64,000 nt of DNA from Geosiphon pyriformis uo1 (Eukaryota; Fungi; Glomeromycota), in contig JAAOMT010000233.1 of NCBI GenBank assembly GCA_016748015.1, positions 3,422 to 67,421 on the forward strand. The letters run 5' to 3'. Under the pieces are notes generated by a model. The model made no database searches and was not told the origin of the DNA. It worked only from the letters and a program-made list of their open reading frames with translations. A program made the translations under genes and the position numbers. Shown piece by piece: positions 24,600-38,199 of the stretch; positions within the stretch are counted from its first letter, which is position 1, and each line of letters starts with the position of its first letter.

Positions 24600-25372
24600 A
24601 TTGGTTCCTCTTCTTCTAAGATCATGTAGATCATGCGTGGTAGTGGATTGTAGATGAGGTCACACTCATCACAATACTGAAAGTCACATGGAATCAAGCA
24701 ATAGTCACATAATTGGATGTTGATTTCTTCTAACCATTGCTTTTGCTCTTCTCTGGTGGGTGCTAGATTCTGATAATGTTCGTGAAACTCTTCTGGGCTG
24801 TTTTCCAAGTCTAAAAAGGCATCTGGGTTGAGAACCAAAATGATGTTTGTTGGTTCTGAAGAGTTGTTCTTGATCTCTAAAATTTCACTGGATAAAGTGC
24901 CTTCCACTTTGGCATTGGCCATTCGCCAGATCTCGTCTTTGTCATGTGGGTATCCTTCTAAGTGAGAGATTGCTTGGTGCCAGGCTGCTGTTATGGACAT
25001 GCTACAATTTATCCAGTTACTGATGAGAATCGTGTACTGACACAAAGCATTACACGTTCCTCCTTGACCAGGAATGTTATTCCACATTTCTTCATCGAGT
25101 AGTTGCTCACCGCAAGCAAGACATGATTCATTGTCTTACTTGTCTTGTCATTTTGGGTAGCCATAGCGTTTTCTATGGCAAGATTTACAATAATAGTGGG
25201 TTTGCGTCTAGTGGTCCTTGTCTGGTACAATCTAGGCTCCCATGGAAGAAAGTTTTTTCCCACAGTCTTTGCACTTGAATGGTATGTATGGCAGTTGTGG
25301 CAGTGGCTCATAAATGGAGTATAAACAAGTCCAGCCACTAGTGGTGTCTTTTGTTGATTCGGTTTTCTCCAG
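24600..25372 (-). pseudogene. Cys-rich insert in Gypsy-2 polyprotein (putative Zn-binding modules)
   Basis: CKDC...CKSC, CLAC...CNALC, CDYCLIPCDFQYCDEC read in the pol frame. Confidence 0.7.
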
Positions 25373-26358
25373 TGTTACTGGAGGTTTTTGGTCTCTTTTC
25401 TTAAATGTTGTCGATACTTGTTTGCTGTAAATTCACATTTTCTGGATGTGGTTGAACCTCCAATAACTGAATTTATTTTCAAATTATCTTCTATAATTTG
25501 AACTGCTGGGCTTATAAGTAGAATGGCCAATTCTGTGCCAGTTACTTTATGTAGTTATGTTGTAGTAAATGTCAATTTTTTCCCAGGAATTGCTTGTCTG
25601 GAAGCTCATTAAAATATATAGTTACTTTGCTGTGAAAGTCAACTTTTTTACAGAAATCTTGTCTGTAGGCTACCTTAATGATTATAAAAAGAAGAGAAAA
25701 GAAAAAAATAAAAGAAATGTAAAAGAAATAGAATTCTGTCAAGGGAAACATTTTCCATCCAGACCTGGAGTCACTAACAGTTTACTGAAATTGGTAGCTA
25801 ATCAATTTCAAAATGTTAGTTGGTTTTTTTTTGAGGATTTTCCAAGTGCAATAATTTAAAAAGTTTTGGTTTTTTGAATTATTTGATATTTATTTCTTTT
25901 TGTGTGTATAAGAATGGTTCTAAGTGATAAATCTAAAGTAAGATACATTTTTTCGAAGAGAAAAGCTCTTTTTTTATACAACTTGTCGTAACACTATTCT
26001 ATGAACTTGAACTTTGTTATTTTCTACAATTTCGCTGAACCAAAGATACATTTCGGTGAACTACAAATTATTTCTGTGAACTATTAGATATTTTGGTGAA
26101 TTATCAATTATTTCAGTGAATTTCTATAAATTTTAGTGAACTTTTGAATGTTACATAGTTTGGGGTATTACATGATTGATCATTGCAATTAGGTTACATT
26201 TGTGTTGTGTACAATTTGGGTTATTAATTAAATGATAATTTTGGACATTTTTGCTAATATAATAAGTGATAATTTGAAACGATAATATATGCTAATTAAT
26301 AATAGGAATTATAAAATAATTTTATGCTAAATAATATCTCTAATTTTGTCTGATAACA
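25373..26358 (-). mobile_element. Solo LTR of the Gypsy-1 family nested in Gypsy-2 pol, TSD CCAG
   Basis: Reverse complement of 4399-5415; CCAG at 25369-25372 and 26359-26362. Confidence 0.95.
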
Positions 26359-26619
26359 CCAGTATGTTGTTTTCTTTTTCTTTTTCTTTCCCTTTTTTTT
26401 TCCAACTTAGTGTAAGTGGCAACTCATTTTGGTTGTCGTCAATCCAAATGCCAATGGTGGTTTCCCAGGTATGTTCTTCTTTCTGCTTTCCTTTTTCATG
26501 GTTGTCTTTGTTCCAGGTGAGTATGGGTGGCAGTTCATTGTGGTCGATGTTGGCCCACAAAACCTGATATGCTTCTCATGTTGGTTTCTTTGCTTCTTCC
26601 TTAAATTCAATCAGTGGCT

Positions 26620-27030
26620 GTGAGTTGGTTGGTTTAAAGTGGCCACATACTGCTGGTGCCCGAGTATGTTGACTGTTTTGGCTCAGTTGGAGCTCTTGTA
26701 TCATCCAATTAAGTATGGTATTTGTTTTAGATAGCCAATTATTTCCAACAAGAGCTTGGTACTGAGTGGCTTCCATCACAAGGACTTTGATGGGTACCAT
26801 AATGCCGTTAATTTCGATAAGTAGGTTGTCTATTTTGCCTATTGGAGTTTTGGTTACTCTATTAGCTGTAATGATTCTTGCACTGGCAGCTCAGTCAACT
26901 TGGTGACCTAATTGATCCATAAGTTGCTTTGTTATGATACTGCCAGCTAATCCACTATCTAAGATTAGTTTGATGGCATGACCATTGATTTTGGCATCCG
27001 TATACATAATGGTAATTGGCTTCTCTTCAA
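26620..27030 (-). pseudogene. Aspartic protease of Gypsy-2
   Basis: LILDSGLAGSII catalytic motif and C-terminal ALVGNNWL. Confidence 0.88.
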
Positions 27031-27619
27031 GAGCTGCTCTACTGAACAACAGGATTTTGATTGTTTTTTCCAAGTTGAAGAGAAAGATGGCCGCAAGTGA
27101 TTTGTCATTGGTGACAGTTGCTGGTGGAATGTTGTTGGTAAGTGCTTGTTGTTGGTTGGATCCCAAATTGTTGGTGGTGGTGTCTTCTGGGGTAACCAGG
27201 AGACTTAAATAGTTCTGGAAATTCAGGTTTTGAGTGACACCAGTACCCAAATTCCAAGAATGCAATCCTAATGGTGCATTGAAAGAACTGGGAATCAGTT
27301 AATGGACAACTATTGCCGATCTCCAGTTTTGTTGTGTTATTCTCAGTCTTTGGGTTCTGTGTTAAGGTAAATTTTGGGGTGGTGTTTAAATGGTTTGAGA
27401 TTGATAGATTACTTGTGGCTGTGGTTGATATATTATGGATGGCTGCAGTTGATATATTGCTGGTGGCTACAGTTAATAAACTGGGGTCTAATATATTGGT
27501 GCTTGATAAATTGGCTGCTGCGTCATTGGTAGGTAAGTGTTTTGGTATTGATCTTGATTTTGATATTGATTCTGGGTTTGGAATCGGGAATCAGGATTTT
27601 GATATTGATTTCCTGATTG

Positions 27620-29384
27620 TCAGTTATAAGCATTGCAGTTGGCTCTTATGTGACCTTGTTTACCACAGTTGTGGCAGACACATGTTTTCTGCTGCCACAG
27701 TTGATTAATTGACAATGATAAATGTGTTTGATTTTGGAAATGATTGGCATTTCCCTGATTACTGTGTTTTTGGGGAGATTGATAAATGAACTGATGGTTG
27801 TTAGCTAAGTATTCCTCAATTTTCTGATTGATGGTATTATAGATTTGCTTCAATTTGAAATCCAAATCAGATGATCTATTTATTACTAAATTTACCACTT
27901 GAGCATAATTGGCTTTTAGCTCAGCTGATTTGAAATTTCTGGCATGTGTGACTGCAGCTTGAAGATTGGCTGGATGTAATGGGCATATGTGTTGCAAAAT
28001 GCTACTGCGCAGGCCACGAATAAACTGGTTAAAGATCTGGGGTTCTGTGAAATACACAGCATCGATGGCTTGAATTTGGCATAGAATTCTATAAAAGCGT
28101 CCTAGGTATGTTGTGACTGTTTCAGTATTATTCTGTTTGATTGTGGTGAAAGTATTGGCTAGACAATTAATACTGTTATTATTGCTAAAATATCTCAAAA
28201 AGACAGTTTTGAATTGTTGGAATGTTTGTGGTCTGGTGGCTAAACTCTAGTACCAAAAATTGGCAGTTTCTTTGAGAAAGTATGGTATCATCTGTAAGGC
28301 TCTGGTGTCATCCCAATTGTTTGCTATGATGGCCTTGAAGACATCATTGATCCATGCTTGAGTGTCATCTTCTTTGCTGGTAAAGTTTTCTAATTTTGTG
28401 ATGGGTGCATAGGCCATTTGGTTTACATTTAGTTGTTGTGGTGGCTGTTGAAGTGGTTGTTGTTGCATGGGTTGTTGGAGTGATAGTTGAAGTGACTGCT
28501 GTATGAGTTCAGCTATTGGATTAATCGGTGGTTAATTGATGACAATTACTGGAGATAAGTTTTGTTGATTTATTAAATCAGGGTTTTGATTATCCTGATT
28601 TGGTGGGGTTTGAATATTCGGAGTGTCGTTTTCCTGATTGTCCAAATTTGGCTGGGTTTGAAAGTTCAGAGTTTCAATTTCCGGGTTTTCTAGAATTGGG
28701 TTTTGGTAAGTAAATTTTTGATCTTCACTTCCTTCCTCTTTTTCCTCTGATAATTTCTATGGAGTAGCAGCTCCGAAATCTGATTGAGGTAGTGGTGATT
28801 GAATTCCTGATGACATTGGGGATTGTGATTTAAATTTTTCCATATGGTTCTAGTAAGTTTTTTTTCTGTTGTTTGCTTTGGAACTGAAATCTTCCAAATG
28901 TTAATGTCATGTTTGATGTGGATGCATCTGCTAATAAAATGTTGATGGTGCTTCCAGGTATGTAGTGATATGATAAAGTGGTTGGTGATTCTACTCTGTG
29001 TTTCTTCCAACTAGGTAACTGTATTCCTTTTGGTGTTGCTGCTGGTGTTTGTATTCTTCCTTTACTTTTGTCTGCATAGGTAATGGAAAATTGTTGTTGC
29101 ATGTATCTTTCAATGGTTTGATTGATTTTCCTGATAATTGGGGTGAAACTGTGATTTCTTGGTAAGCTGATGTGTTAAAATAATTCTGTATAGAAATTTT
29201 CTCTTGCTGACTCAATATTAATGGTTCCTCCTAAACAGTCTGTAATTTTATCATTGACATAATAATTGAAGGCTAATTCAGCTGGGTAGTAATTACTGTT
29301 TAATCTTAATTGTTGGCTGTATTGTTAAAACAAAGATTTTGCGAATCTTAAGTGGTTGGCTCCTATAATTTCTGATTCTGCCAT
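27620..29384 (-). pseudogene. Gag of Gypsy-2 (long N-terminal extension, capsid-like region, CCHC knuckle)
   Basis: ATG at 29384 (MAESEIIGANHL); ENFTSKEDD...W...FIRGL; CHNCGKQGHIRANC. Confidence 0.88.
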
Positions 29385-29426
29385 GTTTAGATGGTGTTGT
29401 TGGCACTGGTTCTCTGTAGGATTATA

Positions 29427-29443
29427 CCTTACAGGGAGCACCA
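29427..29443 (-). promoter_or_regulatory. Primer binding site of Gypsy-2 (TGGTGCTCCCTGTAAGG)
   Basis: Starts with TGG 2 nt inside the 5' LTR; complementary to a tRNA ending ...GGGAGCACCA (Ile-UAU or Thr-like, inferred). Confidence 0.8.
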
Positions 29444-29445
29444 AA

Positions 29446-30283
29446 TGTTACAGGTAATTCTTTGGGGTGTCAAGTAAATAACAAACCCTTAACTTGGTGT
29501 GCAAAGTGATTGGTGATGATGATAATCTAAAGGTATTTTATCTGAAGGTTTTCCAATCGAGTTCTTTATATAATAAACAGAAATTCAATGGTAACAGTTT
29601 ATTAGTAGTTTCTTGAAACTGTAGTTTTGTCGATTGCTTGTTCAGCTTGATGGTTGATAATTCTTCTGGTATGATATTCTTCATAAGTGTATATTAGTGC
29701 TGTTTCCTGATGTCAGTTCCTCCGTAAGTCCTCCAAGAGTAAGTATTGTTTAAGTAAGTTTTATTCCTTCATAAGTCCTTCAAGAGTAAGTCTTTTAATC
29801 AAGTTAGTAGACAACAAAAAAATAAAGAAAAGATAAAGAGAAAATAAAAAATAGCCAAGGTGGTTTGCAAGTTAGTATTCTGTCAATAGCCATGATCAAG
29901 AGCTATTGTTTCAATATGGTTAAGTATCAATTACTATCAACATGAAGTGTTGATAGTGAAGAATGGATTTAAGATAGTGAATAATTATTTATTTGAGAAT
30001 TGTGGTAACTAAGCTAAGGATTCTTGGTATTGATTCTGTCTTTTCTGCTTCTAATGCTACTGCTATATATACATATTTGAGATTCTTCAATTCTTCAATT
30101 CCTTGTGACAGAAATCCTGGAATTCTGGAATCTTGTGATTTCTTGCTGGAGAATCCTGAAATTTCTGAAATCCTGCAATTCTTCTGAGAAGAATCTTAGA
30201 ATTCCACATTTACTATGTCTACTTCTGATTGGCTAATTTCTACTTGCTAATAATAACATACTTCCTCTAATCTATAAGTAACA
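29446..30283 (-). repeat. 5' LTR of Gypsy-2 (838 bp)
   Basis: Direct repeat of 19071-20003 with fewer internal repeat units. Confidence 0.95.
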
Positions 30284-33200
30284 GCATAACTAAAATTGTG
30301 AGTAATTGCAAAACTTAGATGTTTAAAAATTGTTTTAGAGCATTTTTGTTTACTTTGTTTGTAAGAACAACTGTTTATAATTTTGGTACTTTGTTGAAAG
30401 GAGCTGGTAAAAAAATCTGCATTATCAATTAGTTATTTAAAACTAACAATAGAATTTATTGTGCTGTAATTAGTTTTGAATCAAAAAAAAATTTGGAGTC
30501 TGTTTTTTACATAAAGCTTATTTTAAGTAGTGTTGAGCTTTTTTGGGCTAAGTTGAATTTGATTTATTGTGAAAAGTGTAAGCACTTTAAACATTCATCT
30601 TTGGAATGTGATTTTTTATTGTTTTTTGTTCCAACTTAAGAAAAAATTTATAAAAAGTTTATTTCAGATTAGGATTATCTTTAGTTTACTTATTTCTATG
30701 TAAAAAAGAATGTATTAATATTCCAATCTGCTGTTTTTGATAACAAATTCTGAATACAAATAGTTTTTTTAGTGACTGTTTCTATTAATGCCTATTTTGA
30801 CTCTTCTTTTATATCTTCTCTGCCTGGTGCTTTTTACCTAGGTAATACTCTTCCTGCTTTACAAAAAATGTCTTCTGTAAATAATTGGGTGGTTTTTTTG
30901 AAATGCTTTTTAGAACTGTTAACAGACCAAGTGTTGATAATTATATGCAAGTTGAATAACTTGGATATGATGTTTTCTGTGTCTACTTTGTTTTTACTTG
31001 TTTTAACAGATTTTTTAGTCTCAAATTTGGATTTGGTTTTAAATAGGGCTTCAAGTGCTTTTTTAGTGCTTTCTGTGTTTTTAAACTCAAATATGGTTTT
31101 AGATGCTTTATAAGACTTTTTTTTTGTTTCATTAGAAATGGCAAAGCTCTTGGAATTAAGTTTAAGCAGTTTTAAAGTCTTGACCATCAAAGTTAGAAGT
31201 TTAGAATCTAAGATGATCATTCTTGACATGTTTTTTGGTTTAGTATTGGCTAAGTTAAATCAGTTGTATATTAAATTAGGCTTTCCACTTTTCTCTTCTT
31301 CTCAATAATTACTTTTATTTGGAAAATAGTCTTATATAATATTAGAGAAATGAATAATTTAACAAAACAAAAGAATATTGTTTGATGACACAGAAATAAA
31401 AATGATTTTATATTTATTGTTATGGAAACAAAGCTAAGAAGCAAAGTTTGTTCTTGAATAATAAGCAAATTTGATAAGATTAAAGTTTTTATCTCTGGTG
31501 TTAACTTTGATTATCTGAAATTTAATGTTGCTGTAATAATTAATAATAATATTACAAGACATATATACAAAATTTTAGAGATGGCTTATTGGCTTTTGTT
31601 AATACATTTGTTATTTAAAGATTGTTTTTCAGTTTTTATTTTGGATTTATATATTAGAATCACTTTGGGAAAAAGATTGACTCAATTTTGTAAAGTCAAT
31701 TTAATAGTAATTAAAACTTTAAATAATAGCACTTTTGTGGTTCTCAGAAGAAACTTCAATAAGAATAAGTTTGATTATAGTACAAGTTTTAAAAAGTTTA
31801 TAAACATAAAATTATGTGACTCTTTTGGTAAATTTTTGGCATGCAAATTGCCAATGTGGCCTAACTTTAGGAAAGTTAAGAAGTATATTAACTTTATTCT
31901 AATTAGTAATAGTATTAAAAATTCATCTTTTAATCAACAAGTTTATTGTTTAGATAGGTTTTTTAACACTAATTACATGATTGTTTTAGCAGACATTAGT
32001 TTGAAAAAACTCCTTAATTTTCAGCTTATTTTAGTGTGCAAACAGACTATTAAAGATAGATAGAAGTTTAAAGTCAATAGTATTGGTAAAAAAACCTGAA
32101 AGAAGTTTAAGAGTTTATTACTGGTTGTTGTTCTGGCTGCCATTAATAATGTAGAAAACTGTAGAAAGAGGTTCAATATTAATAAAATATAGAAGCTGTT
32201 TAGTTAAGTGGTTAGCTTTACTATTAATACCACTTTTTTAAAAACATAGTTCTAAGATAATAATATAATCAAGTGTACTATATTTTTTAAGTCTCACAAA
32301 TTGTAATTGCTGATGTTTAAAATTTTAAAGATGTAAAAAAATTTCAGATTCTGGTTGTTAAATAGATCAAATTGGATTTTGTTCAGACTATAAAGTTTAA
32401 AAAGTCTTTGATATTGGTTATAACAGAGTTTTAATTAAACAATTATTGGCTTATTTTAAGAGATTTTATAAATTTCATAAGTTGTCAAAGTCTAAAATGG
32501 CTGAAAATTTCTAAATTAGAGCTGCTATTACCAAATGCATAAAAATTTTTGTCAACAACAAAAGTCAAATAATAAGAAATGTGTTAAAAAAGTTTTTTAG
32601 AAGGATTATATTGGATTATTTGGTTAATAATAGTAAGCTGATTTTGAAGTTCAATTTAGTCAAGAGTAAAGTTAATTTAATTATGAAAAATTGAACCAGA
32701 AAATATATGGTTAAGAATATTGTTCCTGTTAGCTGGTAGTAACAGTTTGTATCTTTAGACTATATTAGAACTAGTACATTTTTTAGTGTTATAAAACCTA
32801 TTAGTCTTGGTGAGTTTATGTTGATGGTTAATAATTTTTTTGATAAAAAGGCTGCTGGACTGTTTGATATTTCCAATAAGATGTAAAAACAATATAATAA
32901 ACATATTTTGAGTCTTTTTTTATGTTTGTTTAATTTGTGCTTAATGATTAAATCTGTTCTTAATGTCTAAAAAGAGACTTAGATGTTGATAATTCTAAAG
33001 TCTTATAAATAAAAAAATATTTTGATAAATACAAAACTGATCACTTTAATTAAAACTGTGAAGAAAATTTTTTCAAAAGTTTTGTCTGATCAGATATTTG
33101 AAATCTACAGTAAGCACAATATTCTATGAAAGAATAATTTTTTGGTATTAAAGAGCATTTCAATTCAGTTTTTTATCTTTACTATTAGATTTGTAATAAA

Positions 33201-36200
33201 AAATGCCTTGGAAAAAAACAGAAAGGTGTAATTGGTTCTACAGAATATGAGAAAAACTTACAACTTAGTAAAATAATCACATTTGGAAAAAAGTCTAAAA
33301 AGAATTAAAATGTGTAATAGGTTTATTAGATTTTTTGGTTATATTTATAATAACTATAAAAATAGAATAATAACAGACTTTGGTTTGTCTAATAATTACA
33401 TAGTACATAATGAACTAAATCAGGACAAAGTTTTTTTATCTTTTCTTTGAAGAATTTTTTATAATCTTTTTTTGTGTAAAATAAAGAAACATAATTCAAT
33501 TTTTGAATACTGTGTGAATTTTAAATTTATTTTCAGAATTAACAAAGTTAAAACAAACACTGGTTTGACATCTTATTTGGCTGTTGGTGTTTTTATAAAT
33601 AATACAATTTGAATTGGCAATTGTTATATAACAACACAGAATATTTTAAACATTTCTAGTGAGTTTCTTAATGTTATAGATATTTTAATAAATATAGATA
33701 AAACAGTGACAATCTTAATAAACCTAAGATCTAGTAATGCTTTTTTAAGTATAAGTGGCTTTCTCATTTTAATTACAAAAGTCAGCAAAGTTTATTGGTA
33801 TTTGAGCATTTTCTTATTAACCAAAAATTTCTCTAGTCTAAACATAAAAAAAATAAATTCAAATGTAAAGTTTTTTTTATCAATGGTGTTATACAAAGCC
33901 ATCTCAAATAAACAATTTTTTTATTTGGTTTCTGTGGTTTTGCAGTCAATTATTGAGTATAGAACTCAGTTCAGTTTTGTTAACAAAAATACATATAACA
34001 AATGAGATTGTTTAATTAGAAAAAACTTAAAGACCAAAGCTAATTTGCTGAACAATTTTTCTAATAAAGCTATGTACCATTCATTTTTGTACAATTTAAA
34101 ATCTTTCAACTAAATTTAGACAGAGAAAAAAATTGCATTAATTATAAGTTTTGCCAATATTAGAAAAGTTTTGGGTAGTTTTTTCAACATAAATTATTAG
34201 ATTTACAGATATTAGATTGGATTTCTTATAACTCTTTTTAGTTTTTGGTCAAGTTAAAAGTCAATTTGGTGAACAATTTTCTTGTTAATATTACTCAAAT
34301 CTTTCTATATAATAGTATTTCTTTAACCAATGGTTTGCTCAACATTTTTCATCTAAAAAATAGAATTTTTATAATAAACATTTTAGGTTAAATAGAATAT
34401 TTTCAAATCTATAAGTCTTTTAAGTATTTTGGCATAGTTTTTGCAAACCAGTTTTTAAATAGTTATAGAATGTGCTTTTCTTAAAAAGATTTTTATAATT
34501 GAAGATGATTGGATTCCAGAAGTCTGATTTTTTCTTGGTTTGTACAGATTTCAGAGTTTATTAGAAATGGTGATCTTGTTTATGATCTTCAATCTGCTTT
34601 TGGCTCCAATTTTAATGTATGTATATTTAATACAAATGGCTTTTATACTGTTTAATCTCAGTTAAGAAACACTTTACTATCCAAGATTTCAATCTACATT
34701 GATAGTTTTGTTAAGAGTTTTGGTTCTTTTGGTATGGTTGGTAGTGCTACTAGTTATTTTCCTAATCTGAATTTGGGTACAAGAATGGAAGTTCATGGTT
34801 TGCTTTTGTTAATTCTGACTAAGTTGCAAGCAATGATACTGACTTTTGAGTATATACTAGTTCTATTTAATATTATAATATTTTCTGATAGTTAAGCTTT
34901 TATAGATATATGCTGGGCTGAATTGAAGTTGGTGGCACCTGATCTTTGTAGTAAGTGTTAGATTGAGCAGCATTGTATTTGTAATTTAGTTAAAAGTAAA
35001 GAAATTTCTGTAAGATAAATTAAAATAAAGAGCTATTTTGGCATATTGAACAATAAGATTACTAATAGACTGGCCAATTAGACTGTATTTTTAAGACTTG
35101 TTCTTCTAATAAACATTCAAAAAAAATTTTTGTTAACTGATAATAAGGTGCTTTCTGGCAATGCTTAGTATTTTATTAAGATTACATACAATACTATAAG
35201 ATGTTTTTAATAAAAAATTGGATCTGATCTCAATATTATAAATCTTTTACAAATTAATAACATTAATTAGAAGCTTACTATAATTGTTTGATATTTTAAT
35301 TCTCATATGGCAGCCAGTTATACATGTAAACAAATGATTGGTTTGTACACTTATTTAATAAAAGCAGTTTATAAAAGATTGCTTATAGTAATTAAGAAGT
35401 GTTTATATAATTATAATTATCTGAATGTATTGTATATATGTTGCAAAAAAGTGGAGTTTTCAGATCACAGTTTTGTTTATAGCTTAGATTTATCCATTTG
35501 TTGGATACTATTAAATAAATGCTCTTTTATTTGAAAGTCTTTAATTGAAGTGATTTTAGTATTATTTATGATTTTTTAGTTATTGGCTTTATGTATTTCT
35601 AATGTAAATTTATATACTGTTTTGTACAAAGAATTTGTGTTTAAGAGTTGGTTGGTAAAAATCACAGCTTTTTTTGAGAACACTAATTTTGTTGTAATTA
35701 AATTGGTTAAGTTTGTACATAGTCTGATTACTGGTCATAAGGAGCAAATTTAGATGCTTAATTTAAAAACTTTGGGCTAACATAGATTGCAGAGATTTGT
35801 TAAATAAGGATAATTTTTTGTTTGATGCCATTTATGGTCTTTCTGCTAAAGTTTCAAGTAAAATTGCTTGGTTGTTAGGGGTAAAAGAGAGTTATATTAT
35901 CAGTTTTGATTTAAGAATAAGTTGTTTGTTTTTTGCTAGCACAATAATAGATATTATAATTAATATAGTTGTATAATATAGTCTTGATTGGTTAGATAGT
36001 TGGTCACATATAACAAGTATATATTTCACATCTAATTTAGAACTCTAAATAGTTGTATTGTATTAGATAGTGGTTGGATCTCATTTATAAATTGCAATAG
36101 TAAAAAAATAATAATACCAAGTTATAAAATTACTATAATCAAAATTTACTTATAATATATAGTGTTTTTTATAAAATATAATTTATAAAAAACAGAAATA

Positions 36201-38187
36201 TTATTAAAAATTATTAATAAAAATAACAAAATCAAAATTTATTAAAACAATTAAAATTTGTAAAATTTTTAGTTCAATATTACTAAGAATATTTAAGCTT
36301 AATTAATAATAGTTTTTTAATTAAATTTGTTTTTAATTTTTTAAAAAAAACAAAAAACTCAAAAACAGCAAAAATAATTTTTATAGCAAATTATTACAAC
36401 ATATCAGTTTTTTATAAAATTACAATTTTGCATTAATTTTTGTAAAAATAAATCAAAATATTAAAGTTTATACACAAAAATATTGAATTAAAAAAAAAAA
36501 AAGATTAAAAAAATCTTAAAAAATTCAATCTTAAAACTATATTAAGTAAAATTCTGAAAATTTAAACTTTAGAAATTATTCAAAACCCAATAAATTTACT
36601 ATTTTTAAATTCAGTTATGTTTGTATATTTATTACTAATATTATTAATTTTTAGAGTTATAAATTTATTAAAACTATTTTTTTATATATATATTTATTTT
36701 TACTAATATTTTTTATTTTATTTTATTATTTAATGAATATTATTATCAGTGGTTTTTGTCAATATTTGGAAACATTTCTTAGCTCAACTGGTAATACATA
36801 TTACCATAATTATGCTACTGACTATAACATATTATGAATATATGGACTATTTCAGTAAATGGAAAAGCAAAAAAGAATACATGATAAAGTTATTAAAAGT
36901 AAAAAAAAGTATTGTCATTATTATTTGTTTTTGGGTAAGAACCAGTCTTAGGTATTTGAAAAGAAAAGAAAAGTCACATTTCTTTATATGTATTAGAAGT
37001 GCAATCAACAACAGAAGTGAAACCAACTATTCTAATAAATACATAACCAGAATTCTTTTAATTAGTCATCAAAAGAGTGTGGTATTCAAATGCCCACTTT
37101 GAAAACAAAGTTATAGAAATTATAAAAAAATCATAAAAGTAAAACATAACTGAAATAGATTTTGATTAAACTTTTTATTGTTGAGATCATTCTCTAACAA
37201 TATAATATTTTATTACTTATTTTTATATTTAGCAACTTGTTTAGTAAAACAAGACTTAATATAAAATAATAATAACACATGATTTTAGAAGATCAAAAGT
37301 AATAGAACAACTTAAAATAGTGATAACAAGTATTTAGAGCATAGGAAAAGAAAAGAAAAAAAGAAGATATAAAGAAAAGAACTAACTGTTCACTATAAAA
37401 CTATAGCAAAAAGTTGGCTCAATATTGAACTGATACTTTTTTGAACTGACAGAAAGGCTGTATATATAGCTAAATTACATCAAATCTACATACTATATTA
37501 GAACTATTTAAAATACATTAATTATTTATATACATTAAATTAATCAATTTATGATGAACTTACTCAGTCTGTTATTTATCCAAGAACTAGTAATTTAGAT
37601 AATCAGATTTAGATGGCTGAATTTAAATTGTAAATCAATAATACTAATTGTGATTATAATCAACATAATCAGAAGTAGTTTAATTGATTACATTTCTTGA
37701 TAACCACTTTTAATCATTGATCACAGATCTGGAATGTTAAATTGTTCTAATAAGAGTATATAAGAATTTTAGAGCATAACAAAACCTGTTGTTATCAGAT
37801 TACATGTGTCAATTATCTATTTCCATTGGTGTTACTTGGTTTGCCAAAATTTTTTTATATTCAATTTAGTTAAACTGTTGAATTGTGCTATATTTTTTTG
37901 TTATAATTAGACTAATTGCTAATCATTTATTTTCAGATTGCTGGCTGATTTTGTTGATTAAGTGTAATAATATAAGTTTTTTTTACATAATTTTGATGTT
38001 AATTTTTATTGTATGTGTTGTAATTTTTGCATTAAAAAGTGTAAAAATCTTCTGGTAATATTTTTTCCATCTTTGAAAAATGAGCTCTTGTGAATTGATA
38101 AATTTTTCATCCTTTCTAGGAAAGATCAAAGTCTTCTAAGAAATTTAAAAGTCATTAAAATATTTATAGTTGTCTCTATACTGACAA

Positions 38188-38199
38188 CAAGAGACACCA
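38188..38199 (-). promoter_or_regulatory. PBS of the mini LTR element (TGGTGTCTCTTG)
   Basis: TGG 2 nt from the LTR end CTGGTAACA; decayed second copy near 46444-46455. Confidence 0.75.

Larger units (their letters stand above)
19071..30283 (-). mobile_element. Full-length Ty3/Gypsy element 'Gypsy-2', TSD GCAT
   Basis: Paired LTRs TGTTAC...GTAACA, PBS, PPT, gag-pol-IN-ORF3; GCAT at 19067-19070 and 30284-30287. Confidence 0.96.
18249..36110 (+). mobile_element. LINE L4, full length, interrupted in ORF1 by Gypsy-2; TSD ATAATACCAA
   Basis: 5' motif TTTCTCTTTCATCT; ORF1 ~18364-19070 + 30288-31308; ORF2 ~31305-35976 (decayed); 3'UTR and A-tail; ATAATACCAA at 18239-18248 and 36111-36120. Confidence 0.85.

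Noticed and set aside
27313-27708. Hydrophobic plus-strand ORF and similar antisense ORFs across the window
   Set aside because: Shadow frames of strand-biased retroelement coding sequence
29407-29443. tRNA gene
   Set aside because: Only a tRNA-3'-like 17-mer (the PBS); no cloverleaf
36749-37102. 117-aa ORF as a host gene
   Set aside because: Lies in the mini-element LTR; no equivalent ORF is called in the other two LTR copies
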